Shown piece after piece: positions 32,058 to 40,573 of a stretch of DNA of 64,000 bases. The translations under genes and the position numbers were made by a program. The stretch is from an uncultured Chthonomonadaceae bacterium. GTDB lineage: Bacteria; Armatimonadota; Chthonomonadetes; Chthonomonadales; Chthonomonadaceae. The DNA lies in assembly GCA_963817895.1 (NCBI GenBank), contig CAWFQB010000005.1:128001-192000 (forward strand), read 5' to 3'. How positions within the stretch are numbered: the first letter of the stretch is position 1; the number at the start of each line of letters is the position of its first letter. The notes under the pieces are model-generated. The model did no database searches. It was not told the DNA's origin and saw nothing but the letters and a program-made list of their open reading frames with translations.

Positions 32058-33743
32058 ATGCGACGTGTCCTGCCCACGCTGATAGCCCTCTGCGCTCTCT
32101 GGCTATGCTGTCTTTTCCCGGCCCACGCGGAAGGCAAGAAATGGGCGTTGCTCATCGGCATTGAGGAATACGACCGGGCGGAGATCAGCCATCTCGATTT
32201 TGCCGTCAAGGATGTCAATGCCATTGCGCGCGCTTTACAGCAGAATTTGGGCTATGAAGCGGCCAACATCCGCACCATGACCAGCGCTATCAAAGACGCT
32301 AACGACTCCAACCGGCCTACTAACGACAATGTGATTGCCACGCTGGAACGGCTGGCAAAAAGTGTAGGGCCGAAGGATACGTTCCTTTTCTACTTCACCG
32401 GACATGGGTTCAACAAGGAGGGGCAGAACTTCCTCGCCTCCGTCAACGCCAATCCATTTTCAGTCAACACGCTCAGGCGCAGCGCTATCCCCCTGGCTGA
32501 TTTGCAGCAGGTCATGCAGGCGTTCAAGGCGCGGCAGGTGCTGTTCATCATTGACGCTTGCCGTAACGACCCGGAAAAGGGCAAGGGTGAGGGCGACAAC
32601 AAACTGACCGGCGATTTCAGCAAGAGCCTTGTTGTTGCGTCTCGTTCGGCGCGGGCGGGCAGTGCGGGCGTGTTGTTTGCCTGCTCGGAGGGTGAGCGCG
32701 CGTTTGAAGATCCGAGCAAGGGGCAGAGCATTTTTACCTACTATCTGCTGGAGGCGCTGGCGGGAAAAACAGGCAACAAGGGGGCGCTGGCGATGGCGGA
32801 CGTGACCGCCTATGTGCGCAAACAGGTCGGCATCTGGGCGAAAGAACACGGCAAGAAGCAGACGCCAGAACTGTTGCCAAAAGAAGCCAATCAGTTGGTG
32901 TTAGCCGATAGGATCACGGCGTCAAGTTTTCCTGTCGAGCAGGCAGTGATCAAACTGCTGGACACGCGCACTGCGCTGACCATTTCCAGTAACCCGTCCG
33001 GCGCGAAGGTGTTTTTGGACGGTCAGGATACGGGCAAGACCACGCCTGTGACTCTTGAGGTGGATCTGGGTTTCAAAGACACAGAGGAGGTTGAGGTCGG
33101 GTTGCAGAAGCCTAACTACAAGACGCTGGTACTGACAGCGAGACTGCAACGGGGCAAGACGTTGAAACTGGAACAGGCTTTGAAAACGGCGCCAGTTATA
33201 TCCGGCGTGTCGTCTGGCCGACCAACAGAGGCTCATAAACTGGATACGCCGCCGGTATTAAACTTTGTTGTAGATGATATTGATGGCAAGCCGGTCAACC
33301 TCGCTCAATACACAGGCAACGTAATCTTGATTGTCAACGTTGCTTCCAAGTGCGGCAACACACCTCAGTACCGTGATCTACAGGCTGCCTATAATCAATA
33401 CAGGGAAAAAGGCTTCACGATTTTGGGATTTCCCTCAAACGATTTCGGTAGGCAGGAACCAGGTTCGGAAGCGGAAATTAAGCAGTTCTGCCAAGAACTG
33501 TACAATGTAACCTTCCCCATGTTCTCCAAAATCAGGGTCAAGGGGGATGATGCGACTCCGTTGTATAAATTTCTGACCGACCCGAAAACGGACCCTGAAT
33601 TTGGCAAGCCCATTGACTGGAATTTCGCCAAGTTCCTGATCAACCGCAAAGGCGAAATTGTTGCTCGTTTCCCCGCAAGCCTCAGCCCTTCTAGTCCCAT
33701 TATTGTCAAGGCGATTGAAGATGCGCTGAAAGAAGAAAAATAG
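32058..33743 (+). CDS. Secreted caspase-family (C14) peptidase - PEGA - glutathione peroxidase fusion
   Basis: Signal peptide (AHA-E), KWALLIGI, YFTGHG, IIDACR; SNPSGAKVFLDG..GKTTP (PEGA); VNVASKCG, GFPSNDFGRQEPG, WNFAKFLI (GPx). Confidence 0.88.
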   Translation: MRRVLPTLIALCALWLCCLFPAHAEGKKWALLIGIEEYDRAEISHLDFAVKDVNAIARALQQNLGYEAANIRTMTSAIKDANDSNRPTNDNVIATLERLAKSVGPKDTFLFYFTGHGFNKEGQNFLASVNANPFSVNTLRRSAIPLADLQQVMQAFKARQVLFIIDACRNDPEKGKGEGDNKLTGDFSKSLVVASRSARAGSAGVLFACSEGERAFEDPSKGQSIFTYYLLEALAGKTGNKGALAMADVTAYVRKQVGIWAKEHGKKQTPELLPKEANQLVLADRITASSFPVEQAVIKLLDTRTALTISSNPSGAKVFLDGQDTGKTTPVTLEVDLGFKDTEEVEVGLQKPNYKTLVLTARLQRGKTLKLEQALKTAPVISGVSSGRPTEAHKLDTPPVLNFVVDDIDGKPVNLAQYTGNVILIVNVASKCGNTPQYRDLQAAYNQYREKGFTILGFPSNDFGRQEPGSEAEIKQFCQELYNVTFPMFSKIRVKGDDATPLYKFLTDPKTDPEFGKPIDWNFAKFLINRKGEIVARFPASLSPSSPIIVKAIEDALKEEK

Positions 33744-33782
33744 TAGGGCAAGTAAAACGATTATTTCGAAGGGAAGAATTTC

Positions 33783-35441
33783 ATGCGCCAATTTGCTTTG
33801 CTGTTTTTGTTGTGGTGCGCTACTGTTGCGAGTGGTCGCGTATTGGCGCAGGACAAAACGCTGACCGTTCGTTCGATAGCCGAATCCCCGTCCTTCGCAA
33901 AACGCGCCCTTGTCATCGGGGTCGGGCAGTACGAACACGCCGGTTCGCTGGCCCCCACCACCTACAACGATGCGCGCCGCTTTGCCGACCTGCTGAAAAC
34001 ACAGTTCAAGTTTCCTGACGAGGCGATCACGCTGCTGACCGATGCGCCTGGTACGCCCAATAGCCAGCATCCCACCTTCATCCATCTGCGCAACGCCTTC
34101 AAGACGCTGCTGGCGGGCCTCAACGACAAGAGCGAAGTGGTCGTCTACTTTTCCGGGCATGGCACACGAGCGGAAGATCACGACTGGCTGGTTCCTATGG
34201 ATGGTCTGCCCTCGGATGTAAACGCGACCTGCATCAACTACGACGAGTTCAAAAGTCAGTTGAACACCAGAACGCCTGCCCGCGCCCTGCTGATCGTGGA
34301 CGCTTGCCGCAACCTGTCCGGCGGCAAGGATGCAGGTTCAAGCGGGTTCGGGGCGGGCAAAGGGCTGGCAGGGCCGCAGTTTGCCGAACTGCTGTCGTGC
34401 CGCCCGAAAGAGGAGAGCAAAGTCGGCAAGCCCGTAGACTTTGAGGAGAGCGTGTTCACGCACTATCTGTTGCAGGGATTGCGGGGCGATACGGACGCGC
34501 AGGACAACGGAGTCGTGACCTTCGATAGCCTGAACGAGTATGTACAGGGCCGGGTAAGCCAGTACGTATCGAGCAAGTTCGGGGAAGCGCAAAACCCGGA
34601 AGGCCGTGCATCACTGGGCAAAATGGTGCTGGCGAAGGGTCCAAATGTGGTCAAGCCTCTCGTTGCGTCACCACAGGCTGCGCTAAATTCTCCTCTAGCC
34701 AACCCGGAAAAACCCGTGTTGCCAGGCGGGGGCGGTAGGAAGTTAACGGGAGCCATACGTCCGGTAGAAGCACAGGCAGGCGATATGTGGGTAAACCCGA
34801 AGGATGGGGCGGAAATGGTCTACATTCCAGCAGGCCCCTTCATTATGGGCGATGATGGCATATTTAAAAATCTTAATCCCCGCCGTACAGTCACACTATC
34901 CGGTTATTGGATTTACAAGAACGTTGTAACGGTGGGAATGTACAAGCGTTTTTGTCAAGAGACAGGTGCGAAGATGCCGGATTTCCCTGGGTACAATCCT
35001 GATTGGAGCAAGGAAGATCATCCAGTAGTATGGGTGACATGGGAAAATGCTATGACGTACTGCCAGTGGGCTGGTGTGTCACTGCCAACGGAAGCGCAGT
35101 GGGAGAAGGCCGCACGCGGTATAGACGGGCGTACCTTCCCTTGGGGTGACACGTTCGATCAGAGCAAGGTCTGGGACATTAAAAATGCTGGCACTTCTCG
35201 AACAAGAACAACAGCAGTGGGCAAATACGGCCTGAGTGTGTATGGCTGCTCAGACATGGCCGGAAATGTGATCCAATGGTGTGCCGACGAGTTCATGATG
35301 AACGGAGAAAAGTACCATAACACTAGGGGAAGTAGTTACGAAGGTCATGCAGTCTCTGTCTACTGCGCTAGTCGCGGCGGCGGGTCCGGTCCCAATGGTT
35401 CGGGTAATTTGATCGGCTTTCGCTGTGCGTCAGGACTTTAA
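33783..35441 (+). CDS. Secreted caspase-family peptidase - FGE-sulfatase (SUMF1) fusion
   Basis: Signal peptide, RALVIGV, YFSGHG, IVDACR; IPAGPFIMG, LPTEAQWEKAARG, DMAGNV, IGFRC. Confidence 0.88.
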   Translation: MRQFALLFLLWCATVASGRVLAQDKTLTVRSIAESPSFAKRALVIGVGQYEHAGSLAPTTYNDARRFADLLKTQFKFPDEAITLLTDAPGTPNSQHPTFIHLRNAFKTLLAGLNDKSEVVVYFSGHGTRAEDHDWLVPMDGLPSDVNATCINYDEFKSQLNTRTPARALLIVDACRNLSGGKDAGSSGFGAGKGLAGPQFAELLSCRPKEESKVGKPVDFEESVFTHYLLQGLRGDTDAQDNGVVTFDSLNEYVQGRVSQYVSSKFGEAQNPEGRASLGKMVLAKGPNVVKPLVASPQAALNSPLANPEKPVLPGGGGRKLTGAIRPVEAQAGDMWVNPKDGAEMVYIPAGPFIMGDDGIFKNLNPRRTVTLSGYWIYKNVVTVGMYKRFCQETGAKMPDFPGYNPDWSKEDHPVVWVTWENAMTYCQWAGVSLPTEAQWEKAARGIDGRTFPWGDTFDQSKVWDIKNAGTSRTRTTAVGKYGLSVYGCSDMAGNVIQWCADEFMMNGEKYHNTRGSSYEGHAVSVYCASRGGGSGPNGSGNLIGFRCASGL

Positions 35442-35448
35442 TGAATGT

Positions 35449-35506
35449 GTCCGGAGTTGAAACCCCGGTCTGGAATTGCGAAGCCCGCCTTCGCGGACTG
35501 AATACG
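35449..35506 (+). repeat. Double-hairpin REP-like element downstream of caspase-FGE gene 1
   Basis: ccggagttgaaaccccggtctggaattgcgaagcccgccttcgcggactgaatacg; near-identical copy at about 37251. Confidence 0.75.
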
Positions 35507-35544
35507 TGCGTTGATGGCAGGTAGGGAGAGGTAGGGCGATAGCG

Positions 35545-37230
35545 TTGATTGTTCAGATAAGGAAATGGGCTTATGCCCCGTTACTCGCTTTTACGTTGAT
35601 ACTGAGTGTGTGCTGTGTCCTGAGTACAAGCCCAGGTTCGGCACAGCAGAGCAAAACCTTGGCTGTTCGGCCCAAAACCGGCGTTCTCGCCGGACAGACG
35701 GCCTACACCAATTCCTATGCGATTATCATTGGCATCGGCGACTATGCGTTCCTGCCCAAAGACAAACATCTGGACTTTGCCGCCAAAGACGCCACCGACC
35801 TCCGCGATGTACTGATCCGCAGTTACGGCTTTCCCGCTGAGAACGTCACCCTGCTGCTGGATGAACAGGCGACACGCGCCAACATTGAAGCGGCCCTGTC
35901 CGCTCTCAGCGATGACAGGATAAAGCCGGACGACCGGGTCCTGATCTATTTTTCGGGACACGGGCAGACGGTCAAACTACAGGACGGCGGCGAGATGGGC
36001 TTTCTGATTCCGCACGATGCGAAGGTGGATATGGCGCACCCGGAGAACCGTAGTGGCTACCTGAAGACCTGTCTGCGCATGGACTCGCTGTGGGGCTATC
36101 TGGAAGCGAGCGCGGCGAAACACCGTCTGCTGCTGGCGGACGCCTGTTTTGGCGGCCTGCTGATTCGTGGGAAAGCGCTCAACGGGGAAAAGCCGAACCG
36201 CGCCGTGATCGCCAATCTGCTGGCGCGTCCGGCTTTGCAGGCGATGACGGCGGGCGCGAGCAACCAGGAGGCGCAGGAAGACCCGAAACTGGGACACAGC
36301 GCGTATACCTTCAAACTGCTGGAAGAGTTGAAGGCGCAGGCGGCAACCCCGGACAACGTGTTTCTCGCGTCCGAACTGGCAGCGGCCTTGAAAACTTCGG
36401 TAGCGAACCTGACCGACAGCAAACAGACGCCACAATTCGGCAACTTCCGGGGCACGGAGGGCGATTTCGTTTTCGTCGCCACCAATCCGCAGCAGGTAAT
36501 AAAGTTGGCTACCCCGGCAAAACCTGTCAAACCGGCTTTGTTGGATAAAGCCGAATTGGTGTATATTCCGGCAGGCGAGTTCACGATGGGGAGCGAGGGC
36601 TTTTCTAGTGAAAACCCTGTCCACAAGGTGTATCTGGACGGGTACTACATCTACAAGATGCTGGTAACGGTGAAACAGTATCTGACCTTCTGTGCGGTGA
36701 CCGGACACGCAAAGCCAACCGCACCAGACTTCAATCCAAACTGGAGCAAGGCAGATCATCCGATAGTGAACGTGAGTTGGGACGATGCGACAGCCTATTG
36801 CCGCTGGTTGAGCCAGCAGACTGGGCGAAGGGTTACGTTGCCAACGGAGGCTCAGTGGGAGAAGGCAGCGCGTGGTGAAGACGGACGTGAATTTCCATGG
36901 GGCAATACGTTCGATGGTAATCGGTTGCATCGTTCGGCAACGGGTACGGCTTCTGTGGGCAGTTTTCCCGGTGGAGCGAGTCCTTACGGCGTATTAGACA
37001 TGGCAGGAAATGTGTGGCAGTGGTGTGCGGACTACTATGGTGATACTTACTACCAGTCATCGCCGAAGCAAAACCCGACCGGGCCTGCAAGCGGAATTTA
37101 CCGCGTGTTTCGGGGCGGTTCTTGGGACAACACCAACGGCGAGTACTTTCGTTGCGCTCTCCGCAATGGGCACACGCCCAGCGCTAGGGACGATAACTTC
37201 GGGTTCCGTTGCGTGGTGTCTGCGGAGTAA
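35545..37230 (+). CDS. Secreted caspase-family peptidase - FGE-sulfatase (SUMF1) fusion
   Basis: Signal peptide, YAIIIGI, YFSGHG, LADACF; IPAGEFTMG, LPTEAQWEKAARG, DMAGNVWQW, RGGSW, FGFRC. Confidence 0.88.
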   Translation: MIVQIRKWAYAPLLAFTLILSVCCVLSTSPGSAQQSKTLAVRPKTGVLAGQTAYTNSYAIIIGIGDYAFLPKDKHLDFAAKDATDLRDVLIRSYGFPAENVTLLLDEQATRANIEAALSALSDDRIKPDDRVLIYFSGHGQTVKLQDGGEMGFLIPHDAKVDMAHPENRSGYLKTCLRMDSLWGYLEASAAKHRLLLADACFGGLLIRGKALNGEKPNRAVIANLLARPALQAMTAGASNQEAQEDPKLGHSAYTFKLLEELKAQAATPDNVFLASELAAALKTSVANLTDSKQTPQFGNFRGTEGDFVFVATNPQQVIKLATPAKPVKPALLDKAELVYIPAGEFTMGSEGFSSENPVHKVYLDGYYIYKMLVTVKQYLTFCAVTGHAKPTAPDFNPNWSKADHPIVNVSWDDATAYCRWLSQQTGRRVTLPTEAQWEKAARGEDGREFPWGNTFDGNRLHRSATGTASVGSFPGGASPYGVLDMAGNVWQWCADYYGDTYYQSSPKQNPTGPASGIYRVFRGGSWDNTNGEYFRCALRNGHTPSARDDNFGFRCVVSAE

Positions 37231-37250
37231 GGGGACGCGGGGTTGTAGTT

Positions 37251-37478
37251 CACGGGGTTGAAACCCCGTCTGGAATTGCGAAGCCCGCCTTCGTGGGCTG
37301 AATACGTTGTATTGTTTGATGGGTTGTGAGTGGGGAACACTTGTTACGGTTTTGTTCAATGGTTGACGGGAACAAAGCAAGGAAAAATGATTGGCGGCGC
37401 AGAATTCGGTTATCGTTCCAGCATCTGTAGACCGCGAAGACTGACTTGGCAATTCCGACCGGGGTTTTATCCCCGCGT
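37251..37478. repeat. REPIN-like inverted pair of the 35449-type element
   Basis: Forward copy 37251-37306; diverged reverse copy about 37425-37478 (gcaattccgaccggggttttatccccg). Confidence 0.65.
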
Positions 37479-37529
37479 TCCTGTCTGTGTTTCAAAATCT
37501 TGCAACTCCAAGTAATTGAGGGAGATACC

Positions 37530-40091
37530 ATGCACACTGTGCCAACGATACGCCAATCTAATCCTCGTCTCATTCTCCCGCTTGCTGCGCTTTTGAGCGT
37601 GTCTACTCTGTTGGCAGGCGCACTGATTCACCCCTCCGCGCGGGCGCAACTCGCAGCCCCGGCAGGATTGGCGGCAAAGGCGCAGGGAATTCTGGAAAAG
37701 AACTGCGCCCAGTGTCACGGCGCGCAGAACCCTGCCTTCGGCATCAACGTGCTGAAGCGGGAAAGTCTGCTCGCCACCAAAATGGTGCTTCCCGGCAAAG
37801 CGAAGGATTCCGAACTTCTCGAAGCCATTGTCAGCGGCAGAATGCCCAAAGGCGGAGGCAAACTTGCCGAAGCCGATATACAGACGCTGACACAATGGAT
37901 TGATGCGGGCGCGCCCGACAAAGACGCGGCTGCCGCGCAACCCGGCAAGCCGACCGGACGCGCGTTTCTGTCCGAAGCCACGCAGCTCAAAGCCATCGTG
38001 CGCGACCTGGAAGCCGCCAATGAGCGAGACAGGCCCTACCTGCGCTACTACAGCCTCGCCAACGTGTCCAACAACCCGGAAGTGACGGACAAACTGCTTG
38101 CGCTGTATCGCGGCGCGCTCAGTAAACTGGTCAATCACCTCTCCTGGAATGTCGAAATCGTCAAGCCCAAAAGCGTCAATTCCAATGGCGCGCTGCTGCG
38201 CATTGATTTGCGCGACTATGATTGGACGCCTGCTATCTGGCAGCGAATTATTGCCGCCTATCCCTACGGCCTGCGGGCGCGTGGGCTGTCGGGCGAACTG
38301 GCGCAGATCAAGGCGCTTTCGGGCGCGGAACTGCCTTATATTCGTACCGACTGGTTTGTCGCCAATGCCAGCGTGGCCCCACTTTACCACGATATTCTGC
38401 TGCTACCCGACAATTTGGCCGACTTGGAAAAGAAACTACAGGTCAATGCGGAAGACGACTTCGCGCAGGACAAAGTGGTTCGGGGCGGCGTGCGCAACTC
38501 CGGCGTGTCGCACAACAACCGCGTCATCGAGCGGCATCGCTCACTCTATGGGGCTTACTGGAAAAGCTACGATTTCGCCAGCAACGGCAACGACAAGAAC
38601 ATCTTTCTGGATCCGATTAGCTTCCATGAAGACGGCGGCGAGTTCATTTTCAACTTGCCCAACGGTCTGCAAGCCTATCTGGTTGCGAACGCGCAGGGTA
38701 AGCGACTGGATGAAGCGCCCATCAAAATCGTGCGTGACCGCTTCACCAATCCCGACGATCCCGTTGTCCATAACGGGCGTTCCTGCATCGGCTGCCACAC
38801 CACCGGTATGAACCGGATGCAAAACGAGGTACAGCAGATGCTGGACACGCAGACCCACACCGCCTACGACCTGGACAAAGCGAAAAAAATCTACGTGCCG
38901 CAGGAGGAACTGAACCGTTTCTTTGCGCAGGACGATGACCGGTTCGGCAAAGCGGTCTTGGCGACGGGCAACGACATTCCCAAACAGCCTGCCGATGAGC
39001 CGGTCAACATCTTGTCACAACTGTATCTCTCAGACCTGACAACGGCACAGGCAGCGGCGGACGCGGGGCTGGACATAAAGGAGTTCCAGAAGCGCGTCGA
39101 ACGCAGTTCCGAATTGCAAAAACTGGGATTCGGGCAGTTGACTATTGCCAACGGCGGCATCAAGCGCGATGCGTGGGAGCAATACTTCGGCAATCTGGTC
39201 GAAGAAACGGGATTGGGCGAATATCTCAAGCCCACGCAGTTTCGCGGACAGGGCCAGAACAACCAGGTCGAGGCCGCGCGGCGGACTATACGCTTTGTGT
39301 CCTTCACCGGCCCACAGTCGAGACAAGCGCGGCAGGATATAAAATCGTGGCTGCGGCGTAGCGACGACTTACAACTGGTTTCGGGCGGCGCGGATGTCAG
39401 CCTTACAGGGACGGTGACGACGGTAGGCAATGAGCGCGTCACCATCGTTGTGCGCGACCCTGCGCAGGGTTTGTCGGAAGAAGCAAGCGGTACGCCCGAT
39501 GACCTGCATTTTCTGACCGAGCAACTCGCCGATAAGATCAATCTGCGCCTGACCGGGCGGCGGTTGGCATTGAACGCGGCGCAAGCCGCGCGTCTGCCTG
39601 TCAATGCCGCTGTTCCCGCCGACCCCGCGCTCACGCTTCAGCAGGCGTTTGGCAATGGTGGACCGGTGAAGGTCGCCCTTTCCATTGATCGTGGGCCGGG
39701 TTCCACATATCGCGGCGGCGAAGCGGTCGTGGTGCGCTTCACGGTGAATCAGGACTGCTTTCTACAGATCAAGAACCTTGACTCGGCAGGCAACGTGGTA
39801 AACTTATTCCCCAACGAGTTCTTCCCCGACGCCCATGTCCGCGCAGGGCAGGTGTACGAGTTGAAGGACGACAAGGGCAAAGAGATCATCTCCGTGGATG
39901 CGCAGGGCGTATTCGGACGCGAAACGATCCTGGCCTTTGCCACGCTGGACGAAGCGGCTCTGCCCGGCGTGAAATCCAAAACACTGAAAGTGGAAGGCCA
40001 GAGCGCGTCCCGCTTCACGCAGGATGTGCAGAAAGCCTCTGCGGGCAAGCGCGTTTCCAGCGCGTCCCTGCAGTTCTTCACCGAGCGCTAA
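37530..40091 (+). CDS. Secreted c-type cytochrome (planctomycete-type N-terminal domain, second CxxCH) with C-terminal DUF4384-like domain
   Basis: ILEKNCAQCHG..RMPK..LTQWIDAGAP, NGRSCIGCH, YRGGE..NQDCFL..DSAGNVVNLFPN..FGRETI. Confidence 0.75.
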   Translation: MHTVPTIRQSNPRLILPLAALLSVSTLLAGALIHPSARAQLAAPAGLAAKAQGILEKNCAQCHGAQNPAFGINVLKRESLLATKMVLPGKAKDSELLEAIVSGRMPKGGGKLAEADIQTLTQWIDAGAPDKDAAAAQPGKPTGRAFLSEATQLKAIVRDLEAANERDRPYLRYYSLANVSNNPEVTDKLLALYRGALSKLVNHLSWNVEIVKPKSVNSNGALLRIDLRDYDWTPAIWQRIIAAYPYGLRARGLSGELAQIKALSGAELPYIRTDWFVANASVAPLYHDILLLPDNLADLEKKLQVNAEDDFAQDKVVRGGVRNSGVSHNNRVIERHRSLYGAYWKSYDFASNGNDKNIFLDPISFHEDGGEFIFNLPNGLQAYLVANAQGKRLDEAPIKIVRDRFTNPDDPVVHNGRSCIGCHTTGMNRMQNEVQQMLDTQTHTAYDLDKAKKIYVPQEELNRFFAQDDDRFGKAVLATGNDIPKQPADEPVNILSQLYLSDLTTAQAAADAGLDIKEFQKRVERSSELQKLGFGQLTIANGGIKRDAWEQYFGNLVEETGLGEYLKPTQFRGQGQNNQVEAARRTIRFVSFTGPQSRQARQDIKSWLRRSDDLQLVSGGADVSLTGTVTTVGNERVTIVVRDPAQGLSEEASGTPDDLHFLTEQLADKINLRLTGRRLALNAAQAARLPVNAAVPADPALTLQQAFGNGGPVKVALSIDRGPGSTYRGGEAVVVRFTVNQDCFLQIKNLDSAGNVVNLFPNEFFPDAHVRAGQVYELKDDKGKEIISVDAQGVFGRETILAFATLDEAALPGVKSKTLKVEGQSASRFTQDVQKASAGKRVSSASLQFFTER

Positions 40092-40573
40092 TCCATGGTT
40101 GACGCTCAATTCTTTTCTACCTGAGCTGAAAAATTGGAAAAAAACGAAAAGGAATGAACCTGTGTCGTTTATAGCGCGTCTAATCATGCAGACCTACGTC
40201 TACTATCAGTCAGGTGGCGGGATGTTGAGAGTTCGTTGTTGCTATCAACTCTCAATTCGCAACAATCTTACCCGGAAGGGAGGTGCAATGAAGATGCCTG
40301 TAAACGCCAGCCGCTCGCCCTGATGCCCGTGAGGTCACGACGCCTCTACTTAAAAACTTGATATAACGAGCCGCCGTGCTGGAAGCGCTGCATTGCCAAT
40401 ATTTCGACGACGCCTCTACATATTTCCTTTTTTAGATGTATTCGCCCTGTTTCCGTCGTCAACACGCAAGAGCATCAGGCAATGTTTCAGGTACAATTCT
40501 AACTTCATTATCGTTTTTTCCACACCGGTCACGTACTGAATTCCGCGCTCTTTTCCGAAAAGTAACCACTCCC

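Noticed and set aside
33783..37230. Complete diversity-generating retroelement
   Set aside because: No reverse transcriptase, accessory gene or template repeat in the window; the two tips differ at too many positions for one template
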